A stretch of DNA of 64,000 bases from Azolla caroliniana (lineage: Eukaryota; Plantae; Polypodiophyta), in NCBI GenBank assembly GCA_043228905.1, contig JBHGNT010000015.1, positions 14,384,001 to 14,448,000 of the forward strand, given 5' to 3'. A model generated the notes under the pieces. The model did not search any database. It was not told the DNA's origin and was given only the letters and a program-made list of their open reading frames with translations. Each line of letters begins with the position of its first letter. The stretch's first letter is position 1. Made by a program: the position numbers and the translations under genes. Of the stretch, positions 11,641 to 23,590 are shown piece after piece.

Positions 11641-12583
11641 ACTCCGGACGGAGACAAAGGAGGAGGAACAGTCGATGCTCGTGTCGGAGTTCCACGAGAG
11701 TCCTTGGTCAGGACATCGGGGAACGTGGACCATGTTCGAGAAGATAAAGGAGAAGTTCTAGTGGCCTAGAATGTATGGGGATGTGTACTCCGGACGGTGA
11801 CAAAGGAGGAGGAACAGTCGATGCTCGTGTTAGAGTTCCACGAGAGTCCTTGGTCTGGACATCGGGGAACGTGGGCCATGTTCGAGAAGATAAAGGAGGA
11901 GTTCTAGTGGCCCAGAATGTACGGGAATGTGTACTAGTTCGTGATGACATGCAAAAGCTGCCAGATGCATTCCAGAGTCTAGCTCCACAATGAGCTACAC
12001 CTGACCTACCCGCCAATCGTTCACTTTAAGTGGATGGTTGATTTAGTGACGATGTTGATGGGGGTAGGGAAACTGCGATATCTAGTGCTCGCACAAGAGG
12101 ACCTGACGAATCAAGTGGAGGGTCGAGCCCTAACGAACCAAACGATTGTGGCGGTATGCCGGTTCATGATCGAGGATGTGATTTGTCGGTACAGAAGGGG
12201 GAGGAATAGTCCATGCTCATGTCGGAGTTCCACGAGAGTCCTTGGTCTAGACATCGGGGAATGTGGGCCATGTTCGAGAAGATAAAGGAGAAGTTCTAGT
12301 GGCCCAGAATGTACGGGGATGTGTACTAGTTCGTGACAACATGCGAAAGCTGCCAGATGCACTCCAAAGTCCAGCACCACAACGAGCTACATCTAACCTA
12401 CCCGCCAAAGTTCACTTTAAGTGGATGGTCGATTTAGTGACGATGCTCATGGGGGTAGGGCAACTGCGATATCTAGTGCTCGCACAAGAGGACCTGACGA
12501 ATCAGGTGGACGGTCGAGCCCTAACGAACAAAACAATTGTGGCGGTATGTCGGTTCTTGATTGAGGATGTGATTTGTCGGTAC
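11641..12583 (+). repeat. Nested tandem duplications (~146 bp and ~390 bp) within the G1 integrase region
   Basis: ACTCCGGACGG...GATGTGT repeats at 11641 and 11787; block ~11808-12192 repeats at ~12200-12583. Confidence 0.85.
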
Positions 12584-13456
12584 GGGTGTGTCGGGAAGAT
12601 AATAGCCGATCGAGGGGAGTTGGATGCGCACGAAGCTGAGGAGTTGTTCAACCTGCTAGGGGTCAAGCTCTCCCTCATGACCGCGTACAACCCGAAAGCG
12701 AATAGGAAGGTCGAGCGCGGGCACAGGCCAATTGTGAAAGCATTGGTACGAGCATGTGACGGATGGGTCGGCAATTGACCGAGACTACTTCCTTATGCTT
12801 TATGGGCCGACCAGAGTACGCACAGTTCGGTGACTGGATACATGCCGGCGGAACTTATGTTCGAACAGAAGTTGATCATGCCAGTGGAACAGACAATCCC
12901 TTCATGGATGACGGTCGAATGGATGGAGGATATGAGCCGAGAAGAGTTGTTGGCGGCGCAGATTCGATAACTCGAGCGAAGACCGGAGGATGTAGAGCGC
13001 GCTAAGAAAAAGCTAGGGGCAGCGCGAGAAAGGAACAAAAGGCGGTTCGACCAGACGCACCGACTCCAACCAAAGAAAATCGAGGAAGGCAACCAGGTGC
13101 TAGTTTATGACAGCAACCTCGACAATCAACACAGATCAACAAGGAAGTTTGTGCGGCGGTGGTTCGGGCCGTACGTGATAACAAGTACCAACAATAATGC
13201 GACATACCACCTTGCGGAGCTTGATGGGACGAGGATAGCGGTATAGATTGTGGGGAAGAGGATCAAGGCCTTCAAGAGACGGTATGAAGCGGATCCGGAT
13301 CCGGAGATCGAAGACGGAAGTGCCAGTGAGGGCGACGAGTTGGATGAAGACCGGACCAGCGCCTGATCGGGGGAGGACGAGTGAAGAGTAAGCCAAAATC
13401 CCCACCGCTTCACTACTTGGCACATGCCGGAGGATGTGCAGTTTGTTGGGGGTGGA

Positions 13457-14147
13457 TGTCCTGGAAAATTCCGACTACCAGGAGAACGGGGGTGTGCATC
13501 GATGCACTCAGAATATGTCTATGTACAAACGTGTGTAAATAGTATAATGTTAGTTTAAATGTTGAGGAGTACTAGGTAGGAGATTCGATAAAGAGAATAA
13601 TAATAATATATGATGGAGAGAATCGAGGGAAATCTCCGCCCGAAAGTGGTTGTCTTTAGTGGTAATGTAACGACCCCCATTTGTTCTATAAAAGGAGAGG
13701 TTTGAGACTGTTTTAGGGAATGAAGTGTTGTCGGTTTGAGATCCGAGCTATGTTGTTCTCTCCATTCTCTATTTTGAGCTGATTTCAAGAAGGTGTAGTC
13801 CTTTGTTCACGTAAGTAGCTCGTGTGCTCCCGACCAGCGATGCATCTTTCTGAGTCTATGTGCGTGCATCGTGAGCTCATAGCTCCTTTACTAGCTACAT
13901 ACGATTGTACTATTTTTGTTCCTCTATTAATCATTAGTTTTGTCGATTCCCCGTGTGTTTGGTACCCCCCGTGCTTTATTTCCGCTCTGATCTTGTTCGA
14001 GAGTGCGTTTTTGGGAGCGTGAGCTCGTGAGTTCTTCATTCTACCCAACATCCGGTCCAGACGACCTTTCTTCTTTCGTTGGTTCCTTGGTCCGAGACCC
14101 CGGTGGTCCCGCCCCATTCCTACACGTACCTGCAAATTTCCGCAACA
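13457..14147 (+). repeat. 3' LTR of G1
   Basis: Starts TGTCCTGGAAAATTCCG after the PPT; TATAAAAG at ~13687; ends ...TTTCCGCAACA. Ends are homologous to the G3 LTR at 22506-22710. Confidence 0.82.
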
Positions 14148-14338
14148 ACGTACTTTTTTTTGTGAAAGCCACAATAGCTTCTTCGTCCAATCCTAGATTA
14201 TGTGCATCCCCAGGATCTGTCTCGCTGGACCCATATCTTTCATTGAGAAGGACCTACTCAAGGCCTTCTTCAAAATCCAGATTTTGATACAGTCTTTTCT
14301 GACGATATGCATGTCTTCCATGTACTGTCATAGACACG

Positions 14339-14410
14339 ATGGAATGTAGGGGGTTCAACCCATGACCTCCTAGTCTTATTGGGAAACCTTACCAATTGAG
14401 CCACATCCAT
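14339..14410 (-). other. tRNA-like / tRNA-SINE-head Pol III A+B box cassette in U3 of the G2 LTR (second copy ~19682-19753)
   Basis: Minus strand ATGGATG-TGGCTCAATTGG(A box)-TAAGG...GAGGTC-ATGGGTT(C/G)AACCCCC(B box, T arm)-..CATTCCAT. Confidence 0.6.
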
Positions 14411-14465
14411 CTATGCATTATTGTCTTGTATAAGTTTCAACTTATTACATTCTATGTTAATCACT

Positions 14466-14490
14466 AGAACTTTCAAGAAACTTCTAGAGA
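14466..14490 (+). promoter_or_regulatory. Heat-shock-element array in G2 LTR U3
   Basis: aGAAc tTTCa aGAAa cTTCt: four alternating nGAAn units about 80 bp upstream of TATAAA 14567-14572. Confidence 0.55.
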
Positions 14491-14773
14491 ATGCATCTTC
14501 ATGCACTCTCTAGAAGTTTCCATGCACTCTCTAGATGTTTCCTAGCTTGCATGCATACCACCACATTATAAACACTTCGGTGCACCTTGATTACAATCAA
14601 GGTGAACAACACCAGTTACGGAAGCATAATTTAATTCTTTCTCTTTTGTCTACCTTCTCTCTCTCTTGTTCTCTTGTCTATGCTCTCTCTCTATCTATAT
14701 ATCTATCTTTCGCTCTCTCTGAATATTTAGCTCGCCTACTTATCCATGTCATGGTCTACCTGTCCGTGACAGT

Positions 14774-14784
14774 TTGTTCACCTT
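14774..14784 (+). promoter_or_regulatory. Self-priming PBS (Tf1-like) of G2
   Basis: TTGTTCACCTT is the exact complement of AAGGTGAACAA (14599-14609), which begins 32 nt after the start of the TATA box. No TGG-type tRNA PBS is present. Confidence 0.8.
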
Positions 14785-14797
14785 CCCTTCTTGTTAC

Positions 14798-15072
14798 TGA
14801 CGGAAACTCAACGCTCCTTATGCACAACGCTCGGCCACAACCGAGCTTAGAATCAAACACAGAAAACAGGAAACGGAAAAGCATGACACAAAGGAGAGGA
14901 AAGGTGCACAGGATGTTTAACGTGGAAAACCCAAACTAAGGGAAAAACCACGGCAGCTCACAGGTTCCAAACTATCACTATGTTGGAATGTACAAAACAG
15001 TGAGTTCACGGAGGCAACGACCTCGTGCTCAGGATCTTCGCCACAGGCGGCGGTTACAACAGAGGCAACGAC

Positions 15073-15109
<37 letters not shown>

Positions 15110-15580
15110 CGCTGTTACGCGCTCTGATCTCACACAGACAAGAAATAATAACAACAACAGACATATAAAAAAGTTGCCCTAAGTCATATTTATACTAATA
15201 TGACTTTTCGGCTATTTACAAATATAGCCTCGATGGACTCTCAGAAACATATTTACGAATATGTCTCTTCATCCGGTTCTCACCGGGTCTGTACCATCCG
15301 GTTCTCCGTAGCCGGGCACTCCTCATCCGGTCTTCACCGGGTCTGTATCATCCGGCTCTCCGTAGCCGGGTACTCCTCATCCGGTCTTCACCGGGTCTGT
15401 ATCATCCGGCTCTCTATCGCCGGGTACTCCTCATCCGGTTCATACCGGGTCTGCACCATCCGGCTCTCCGTAGCCGGGTCCTCCTCATACGGTTTCGGTC
15501 GAGGCCTATCGGCCTCGGCCGAGTTTGTTCATCGGCACTGTTCTTCTCCCTTCCCATCCGGAGGGACCATTCTCCCAACA
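14798..15580 (-). mobile_element. Solo LTR of the C1 copia family
   Basis: TG...CA ends, perfect 5-bp TSD GTTAC (14793-14797, 15581-15585), same 54-bp array and TATA module as the C1 LTRs. Confidence 0.93.
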
Positions 15581-17119
15581 GTTACCATGTCTGACTCGGT
15601 CTTAAGCCAAGTAATGGCAGCCTTGGAACAACTTCAATTAGAAAATGAAAGCCTTCGTCAATCATTACAAGAGCTTCAAAATAGCATAGCCAACAACCTG
15701 TTGAGCCTCACCTTCCGTTAGCACCTAACCCAACCCCTTCCTCTTCCCATTCATATGTCCTCGAACCTAAGATCAGCCTACTTGACAAATTCAATAGCTC
15801 AAGAGTCAAGGGCACATCTTCGTGACTTCATTAATCAAATTCGGTTTATCATCCGCTTACAACCCCAATGTTATGCTAGTGATTTCTCTCGGGTCTATCT
15901 TGTTGGCACCCTTCTCTCGGGGCCAGCACAAGCGTGGTTTGCACCATTGATCGAGACCTCATCCCCACTCTTAGACAACTATCCTAGCTTCCTTGCGGAG
16001 CTTGAAGCCACATTTGGAGAGACACATCGACAACGAATGACACTCACAAAACTCTATTCCTTACAACAAGGCTCTCGTCCAGCTTCCGTCTATGCTTCAG
16101 AGTTTCGTCAGATCGCATGCGATGTCAGCTGGGATGACCAAGCTTTATGCGACCAATTTCGTCGAGGCCTTAGAAATGATGTCAAGACTCTTCTCTTAAA
16201 TTTTCCGGAGCCCACATCATTGTTCCAAGTAATCTCCCAAGCCGTTCAATGTGATAATCACCTTTTCGAGCTTCGACAAGAGGAACGGGGGACTTGAGGA
16301 TTTCCATCTTCCTCCCGCAATGCTCCACTCACAAGGCCATATATATCAGTTTCGCCAAGCATGCCACAGTTGCCATCTTCCAATGATACTCATACCCCGA
16401 TGGAGGTCAACCCCCGTATTCCAATGGAGATCGACCACGCTCAGTTCCAACCATTAACCGATGTCCAACGGCAACATCGACGTGACAATGGCCTCTGCCT
16501 CTATTGTGGTGCCCCCGGCCATGTCATCCACCACTGCCCGATGCGCGGCCCTCGTCATCAATCCCACCGTGCAGTAGGAGCCATGCCACTGGACACTTCC
16601 CGTCGCCCTACTTCTTTGTGCTCCTAAAATTCAATCACGCCAGCAAGAGGTTTTACTTTGCAAGTAAGTTCTTGTTTTGGGTCTATTTCAGTAAAATCCC
16701 ATGCCTTGCTCGATTCTGGTGCATCTACTTGCTTCATCAATATCGCATTCGTCCGAACACATAAAATCCCCACCGTCCGCACAAAACAACCCATATCCGT
16801 TGAAGCTATCGACAGACGGGTTCTCTCTTCGGGGCGGTTGCTGAAGCCATTGTCTCGTTGGTACTTCAAGTCGGTTTCCACCAGGAGGTATTAACATTCT
16901 ATCTCATTGCAACACCTTGACATCCGATTGTTTTAGGGCTCTCCTAGTTGGAAACACACAATCCGATGGTGGATTGGTGCATCCACTCCATCACCTTTCC
17001 ACAAACACTAGCGCGGGTCTCTTCCACAAACACCGTTACTTGTGTGGGGGTTGCTTTCAGCTTGGTGCACATTCTTCTGATTTCAACTCAATCTCCAACG
17101 TTGCTGATTCTGTTGTGGT

Positions 17120-18336
17120 CAATTCAAGACCTTCATAACGCATTTTACTACACATAAAATGGATAAACAAGTATCAAGTTATGTGAGTGTGAAGTTTGAG
17201 AAGATTGGGAAAAACAAAACTATGAGATATCCCACATAGATAGGACAACATTGGATCCCATATTATATAAGGAGAGCCAGAACCTATTACTTTATGTCTA
17301 TGTGTGAAGCATAGAATGTTCAAGGTGACTTGGGCTAAATTCTGTGGATAAATTGCTCAAATGATTTTGGGTCACGGCGTACGGCCCGGTCGGGATGCGC
17401 GTGCGTGCAGACGAGTGCGCGGACATGTACATGGTGTGTGTGTGTGTGCGAACACGCACACAGATGCGTACACGGCGTGATTAGGACACGCGCGTGTGTG
17501 GATGCGTACATTGCGCACGCGGACACGTCTACAATTTGGTTGCAATGCATGTACCGATTACGCACGGGCTGAACTTTATGGATGATTGTGGATCATGTGG
17601 CCGAATTATACGAACGGTCGCATGCAACTAAAAGTAAAGGTCAAGCAACTAAAAAAGGAGGCCATGCAACTAAAAGTAAAGGTGAAGCAACTAAAAAAGG
17701 GGACGCATGCAAAGGAACATGGGAGGCTATGATCAAGAAGGAACTCCGTATATGTTCCACTTTTTTTTTCTCTTCCCATTCTTTTCTTCTCTCTCCCATC
17801 CCTTGGGGAAGAATAATCTCTCATTTTCATATCGGACCACTCCTTACATGGTTGTTGGCTCCTTTCTTCCAAGGATAATCTCTCATACTCATATCAGACC
17901 ACTCCTTACATGGTTGTGGGCTACTTTCTTCCAAGGATAATCTCTCATACTCATATCGAACCACTCCTTACATGGTTGTTGGCTCCTTTCTTCCAAGGAT
18001 AATCTCTCATACTCATATCGAACCACTCCTTACATGGTTGTTGGCTCCTTTCTTCCAAGGATAATCTCTCATACTCATATCGAACCACTCCTTACATGGT
18101 TGTTGGCTCCTTTCTTTCCAGAATAATCTTTCAAATTCATATCCAATCCGTTGTAACATGATTCTAGAATTATAAAGAATCTATTTCCTTTTGCAATAAA
18201 CAAATATTTTATTTTACCTACTTGTCTCATGTGCAATTCATGCTTGTGCTAAGCATGTGAGCCTTAATTCCTTCCAACCCATAACCCCGGCGGTTCCGCC
18301 TCACGATCCGCACATAGTGACGGATTTTTCACGACA
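17120..18336 (+). mobile_element. 5'-truncated LTR related to the G4 LTR, located where G2 RT/RNase H is missing
   Basis: 17125-17360 matches the reverse complement of ~11000-11230. The end GGTTCCGCCTCACGATCCGCACATAGTGACGGATTTTTCACGACA matches the G4 LTR terminus. Left boundary uncertain (~17040-17120). Confidence 0.78.
17811..18144 (+). repeat. 62-bp tandem repeat, 5 copies plus a partial
   Basis: GGATAATCTCTCATACTCATATCGAACCACTCCTTACATGGTTGTTGGCTCCTTTCTTCCAA at 17811, 17873, 17935, 17997 and 18059. Confidence 0.95.
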
Positions 18337-21300
18337 CCAGGATGGGTTACTATATCGTAATCATCTCTTGTACGTTCCCGAAGGATCATGTCTAACACGG
18401 GTACGACAAAACTGTCATGGTGATCCTCTTGCCGGCCACTTTGGGGTCATGAAAACCCTCGAATTGCTATCTCGAGGGTTTTGGTGGCCCCAACCTTGGA
18501 AATTTGTCAAGGAATTTATCAAATGCGATGTATGTGCTCGGTCGAAAATGCCTCACCATCGGCCATATGGTCTTCTCCACCCGCTCCCCATTCCAAGTCG
18601 ACCATGGGTCTCTCTATCCATGGACTTTATCACCGACCTCCCTCTGGTTGGTGGCCATGACACAGTGTTAGTCATTGTCGATCGGTTTTCGAAGATGGCT
18701 CACTTTGTCCCATGTTCCAAAACCATTTCCAGGGAAGAGACAGTAGACCTTTTTCTTAAAAATGTTGTCCAATTACATGGCTTACCCGAGGATATCACCT
18801 TTGATCGAGGTTCTTAGTTCATTTCCCACTTTTGGCGACGACTTCTACAAACATTCGGGACTTTTGTAAACTTGTCCTCAGCATACCATCCTCAAACTGA
18901 TGGACAAACGGAATGAGTCAACCAAATCCTCCAACAATACCTTCAGTGTACCGTGAGCTACCAACAAGAGGATTGGGTGGCCTTCCTTGCAATGACGGAA
19001 TTTGCCTACAATAATAGTATCCATACTTCGACTAAGGTTTCCCCCTTCTTTGCAAACTATGGATTTCACCCTCGTTTCAACATTTCCATACCTGCAACTT
19101 CGGTCAATCCATCGGCAGAGACACATGCCCGCGCTTTACACTATGTCCGTTGTGATATCTCCTTGGAGCTCTGTGTCGCTAGCAACTAGTATAAACATCA
19201 AGCGGACGAGATCTCTTGGTTGCACCGACGTTTGCAGTCGGGGACATGGTTTGGTTGTTACGTCGTCACATCGCCACCACACGTCCTTGTGCAAAATTGG
19301 ACTACAAAAGACTAGGCCCTTTTCGTATCACCGAGCGGATCAACCCAGTCGCCTTCCGGTTAGCACTTCCTCCAACATTCAAGATTCACAACGTTTTTCA
19401 CATTTCTCTCCTCAAACTCTACCATCCTTCTCGAATTCTGGGACGACAACCTCCTCCACCACCACCTATGGAATTGTCGACGGGCAAAGAATATGAGGTT
19501 GACCAAATCCCCAACTCCAATATTTGGTCTTATGGAAAGGTTACCCCATTTCCGACGCCACATGGGAACCAGTTACACATTTGCAAAATGCTCCGGAGGC
19601 CATTCGTGATTTTCATCAACGATACCCACATAAGCCAAAACTCGTGGCCTTAGAGGGAGGATAATGTCATAGACACGATGGATGGAATGTCGGGGGTTGA
19701 ACCCATGACCTCTTGGTCTTATTGGGCAACCTTACCAATTGAACCACATCCATCTATACATTATTATATTGTATAAATTTCAACTTATTACATTCTATGT
19801 TAATCACTAGAACTTTCAAGAAACATCCATCTATACATTATTGTATTGTATAAGTTTCAACTTATTACATTCTATGTTAATCATTAGAACTTCTAGAGAA
19901 TGCATCTTCATGCACTCTCTAGAAGTTTCCATGCACTCTCTAGATGTTCCCTAGCTTGCATGCATACCACCACATTATAAATACTTCGGTGACCTTGATT
20001 ACAATCAAGGTGAACAACACCAGTTACAGAAGCATAATTTAGTTCTTGCTCTTTTGTCTACCTTCTCTCTCTCTTGTTATCTTGTCTATGCTCTCTCTCT
20101 ATCTATATATCTATCTTTCGCTCTCTCCGAATATTTAGCTCACCTACTTATCCCTGTCCTGGTCTACCCATCTGTGGCACGTACAGCAGGAATATTAGGA
20201 AGTCTCCTCCATTGAACTTCTTCACGAACATGCAGTGGTCAACCAGCGTCTTATGGTATCATTGGTCGGTCATGAAGGAGTCGAACTTCCGATAACATTA
20301 CCGAGGAGCTTGTTTAAGTCCGTATAAGCTCTTCGTCTATTGGTACACGAGGTTCTCCTTTCCTTTCTTGATGAATCCTTCTGGCTCCTGCTTGTAGATC
20401 TCCTCCTCGAGGTCACCGTGCAAGAATGTAGTCTTGACATCTAATTGCTCGACCTTGAGATCCATGCATGCTTGCCGCTATGCTCAACACCGTCCGGATG
20501 GATGTCATCTTCACGACCGGGGTAAAGATCTCATTGAAATCCACTCCTTTCTTCTGCTAGAACCCCTTCACCAAAATGCAGGCTTTGTACCTTGGAGGAT
20601 TTCTGACATCTCCCGATTTCAACTTGCGTATGTGTGGTTCTCATGTAGGGAATCCATCTCATCCTGCATGACACTGAACCACTTGCGGCTGTGAGTGTGA
20701 GTGTTTTTCTTTGCTTCTTTGAAGCTCTCTGGCTCCCCCTTGTCGATCAACAAAACATGCTCTTTATCCGGAAATCTCCAAGGCGGGGGGGGGGGGGGGG
20801 GGGGGCTTCTCTCTCTAAAAGGGTATCTTCTTTAGTCGGTACTTCATCCGAATCCAATTTAGGGTCTTGTCCGGTTTCGGTGTCCAATCCGTCTTCGATC
20901 GTTCCAGTTCCTTGTTCGAATCCGTCTCCCAACTATCAATGCGAATTCGATTGACTCTCCATGTTCTTTAGTCAGCTGTCAGCTTCCGACTGTTCAGGAG
21001 GATGTGTTCTTCTCTGACTCCCAGTCGACAATAGTCTTCTCCTCCATGAACACTATGTCTCAGCTCCGAATGACCTTCTTGTCGACTAAGTCCCTTCCGT
21101 ATTCGTCGTCACCGTATCCAAGGAATATGCATGGCCGAGTTTTTGGGCCTAGTTCACCCCGTTTATCCTTTGCGATATGCACATAGGCAAGGCAGCCGAA
21201 CACCTTTAGATGCTGGTACGAAACAACTTTGTTGGTTCACACTCTCTATGGTACATCTTCATCCAAGGGTGTCAAGGGTGATCTGTTTATCACGTTTGTC

Positions 21301-23590
21301 ATTGTCATCAGCACCGAATCCCAAAACATGTTGGACAACTTCGCATGTGCCAACATACTTCGTACTCTCTCCATGATGGTCTGGTTCATTCTCTTGGCCA
21401 AAACGTTCAGCTTTGGCATCTTTGGCACAGTGTACTCAAGCCGGATTCCCTTCGACTGGTAGTACTCCTCAAACTCCCCTCGGTATTCGGGACCGTTGTC
21501 CGCTCGAACTGCTTTCAGCTTCCAGTTGTTTTCTCTTTCTACTCTCACATGAAGCTCCTTCGTCTTCAGCGTGGAGACCCATAGCTTCTGATTGTGGTCA
21601 TCTATGAAAGTCACGAAGTACTACGACCCGGCATGTGACTTCATGTCCACAGAGCATAGCCTTTCGTCTCATCGGTGGTCTCAACCGGAAAGAGGTTCTA
21701 TTTTGCTTGCCAGCTAGGAAAGCGCTGCACTTCTCAAGTTGCACGTTCTTCACCTCCGGAATGAGGTTATCTTTAGCAAATCTCCACATCCCCTTCTGGC
21801 TCATGTGACACAACCTCTTGTGTCATAGCTCACCAGAAACATTTACTTCCTCACTTACTTCCTCTCGGCATATCCGAGCATGCATTAGGTATAGCATGTT
21901 TGTCTTTTGGGCTCGAGCCACAATCATGCTTCCTCTGCGGAACCTCGTTGTGCCGTTCCGTATGCTACCTGTGTAGCCTTCATCATCCAATCGACCAATT
22001 GATATTAGATTCAATCTGACCTCCGAAACGTGTCGCACCTCTCTCAACAGTAGTTTGCGCCTGGTTGATCTTGTCAAACACACATCTCCTATGCCGAAAA
22101 TTCGGCATGCTCCTTCATTCCCCATCCTTACACAACCGTGATCTTTGGCTCTGTATCATAAGAAGCACTTCCGGTAGGGGGTCAGATGGAACGACGCTCC
22201 AGAGTCGACCACCCACGTCATTTTGTCATTGACAAGGTGTAGCTCACTCTCCTTCATGATGAGCAGTAGTTCCTCTTCACTTGTCGTGATTGCCAATGTT
22301 CCTCTTCTTTCCGAAATCTTCTTCGGTTCGGAGTCGTCAACTCCCCCTTTTGCTTTCTGGAAGTGTCTGCAATTCTTTTGGAAGTGCCCCGACTTTCCGC
22401 TATAGAAGCAGGTGACCTCCCCCTCGACTTCGACCTTGTTCCTGACTTTTCCCAGTTCTTGGGACTTCTGTTCCGGCCTCTTCCCCAGTTTGTGTCGCCT
22501 TCCATTGTTGTGGAGGATTCCGTCCATAGGGAGAAAAGGAGTCGGATGTCCATGAACGAGGGTGTGCGCGGATGCACACTAACTAGTCTTTATGTACAAA
22601 CATATGCAAATAATTTTGTGTTATTCAATCTCTCTTCCCTTCCGGCTCCTTGGTCCGAGACCCCGGTGGTGCTACCCCGTTTCAACACATACTCGTGGAA
22701 AACCGCGGCATCTTTGGTGAAAAGGGGCGGCAAAGGAGTCTGAAGATGAGAAACGATCCGCACCGGCTCTCGACGCTGGACCAGACTGTGCTCGATACGA
22801 GCAAGGTCCTATTGTTCACCAACCTAGTCGATCCACTTGACAGGGAGAAGGTGGGTCTCCTCTTGGAGACAGATGAGAGGCTCACGACCGACTAGGCCAT
22901 AGTCAAAAGAGTTTGTAGCCATTTCAAAAAGTGGCTAGATTGGAACAACACGGGGTCGTCGTCGACCGGGCTAGCTGTCAGGAGGAAGTCGAAAGAACCG
23001 ATTTCAACTCAGTTGGAAGATACAAGGAGGTGGCTCGAGTAAGGCGCGGTTCCGACCGACGTGGTAAAGGGGTCATCCCGGGGCGCAACTCTTGAGGAAT
23101 TAACGAAGTTGGTACGAGACCTTCAGATTGCCCAAGCTTAGAGGAAAGGCAACAACCAATCACGAGCTCGGTGCCTGCTGGTAGACCATGTGGTGCGATG
23201 TGATCGGCCAAATACGGAGAGACTGCGTTGACTTCATCGACGCGCTCACAAACAACAATGATAGTGTACTTATGAAACAGTCTGGTACACACGTGCGAGA
23301 CCCGGAAACCCCTCAAGATGAACATCAGCCGAAGGGGAATGAAAAGATTAATGGAGGAAGTCGCGGCCTAGAACGTCGAGGCTATTCACTACTAGGCCTT
23401 GGCCAGGAATCCGGGTAGGGGGAGAGAAGGGCACCGGCCCCGAAACGAACGTCGGATTATGGCCACTAGTACTTGAGGGCTTATCCGGAGTGAGGCTAAG
23501 AAAGGAGGAGACGGACCGCACGGAGAGACAGGTCCAAGAGGGAACCGGATGGAACGATCCAGTAGAAGTGAAAACTAGCTTCGTGGAAGC

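Larger units (their letters stand above)
1..14147 (+). mobile_element. Degenerate Ty3/gypsy LTR retrotransposon G1 (5' part lies outside the window), interrupted by copia C1 and gypsy G4
   Basis: Fragments in gypsy order: protease C-terminus (VILGEPY...QFLTVRPNHERN, 10-276), RT N-terminus (DLYSGYDQFQL, ~1200-1280), RNase H (KRELWGIV...IETD...ANMLSRAR, 6927-7200, continuing RFENEDD at 11358), integrase (ADRGELD...AYNPKANRKVERGH, ~12420-12780; WFGPYVI, ~13160). PPT GGGGGTGGA, then 3' LTR from 13457. Many stops and frameshifts. Confidence 0.88.
14326..20179 (+). mobile_element. Chromovirus-type Ty3/gypsy G2 (Tcn1/sushi-like), RT-RNase H deleted
   Basis: LTRs 14326-14771 and 19665-20179 (TG...CA). 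TSD TGTAC/CGTAC. Gag from ATG 15587 (LLSGPAQAWFAP; CLYCGAPGHVIHHC), protease ALLDSGAS, integrase (HGDPLAGHFG, SMDFITDLP, GPF) and chromodomain remnant (EYEVDQI...[12 protein letters not shown]). PPT AGAGGGAGG. Confidence 0.9.
14148..22505 (-). mobile_element. Old degenerate Ty1/copia C0 (pieces 14148-14325 and 20180-22505), host of G1, G2 and G3
   Basis: RT (14148-14325 continuous with 20180 onward), integrase (FIDDHNQKLW...ADNGPEY), protease (WVVDSGASFHLTP) and gag-knuckle remnants align to the intact copia C2. Confidence 0.85.

Noticed and set aside
14339-14410. A functional tRNA gene
   Set aside because: The D and anticodon arms do not pair properly; kept only as a tRNA-derived A/B-box cassette.
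17811-18144. Regular 62-bp repeats as a CRISPR array
   Set aside because: Units are head-to-tail with no unique spacers, there are no cas genes, and the context is a eukaryotic LTR.
20785-20805. 21-nt poly-G run as a regulatory G-quadruplex
   Set aside because: Corresponds to a short G run in related copia copies; likely slippage in a dead element or a sequencing homopolymer error.
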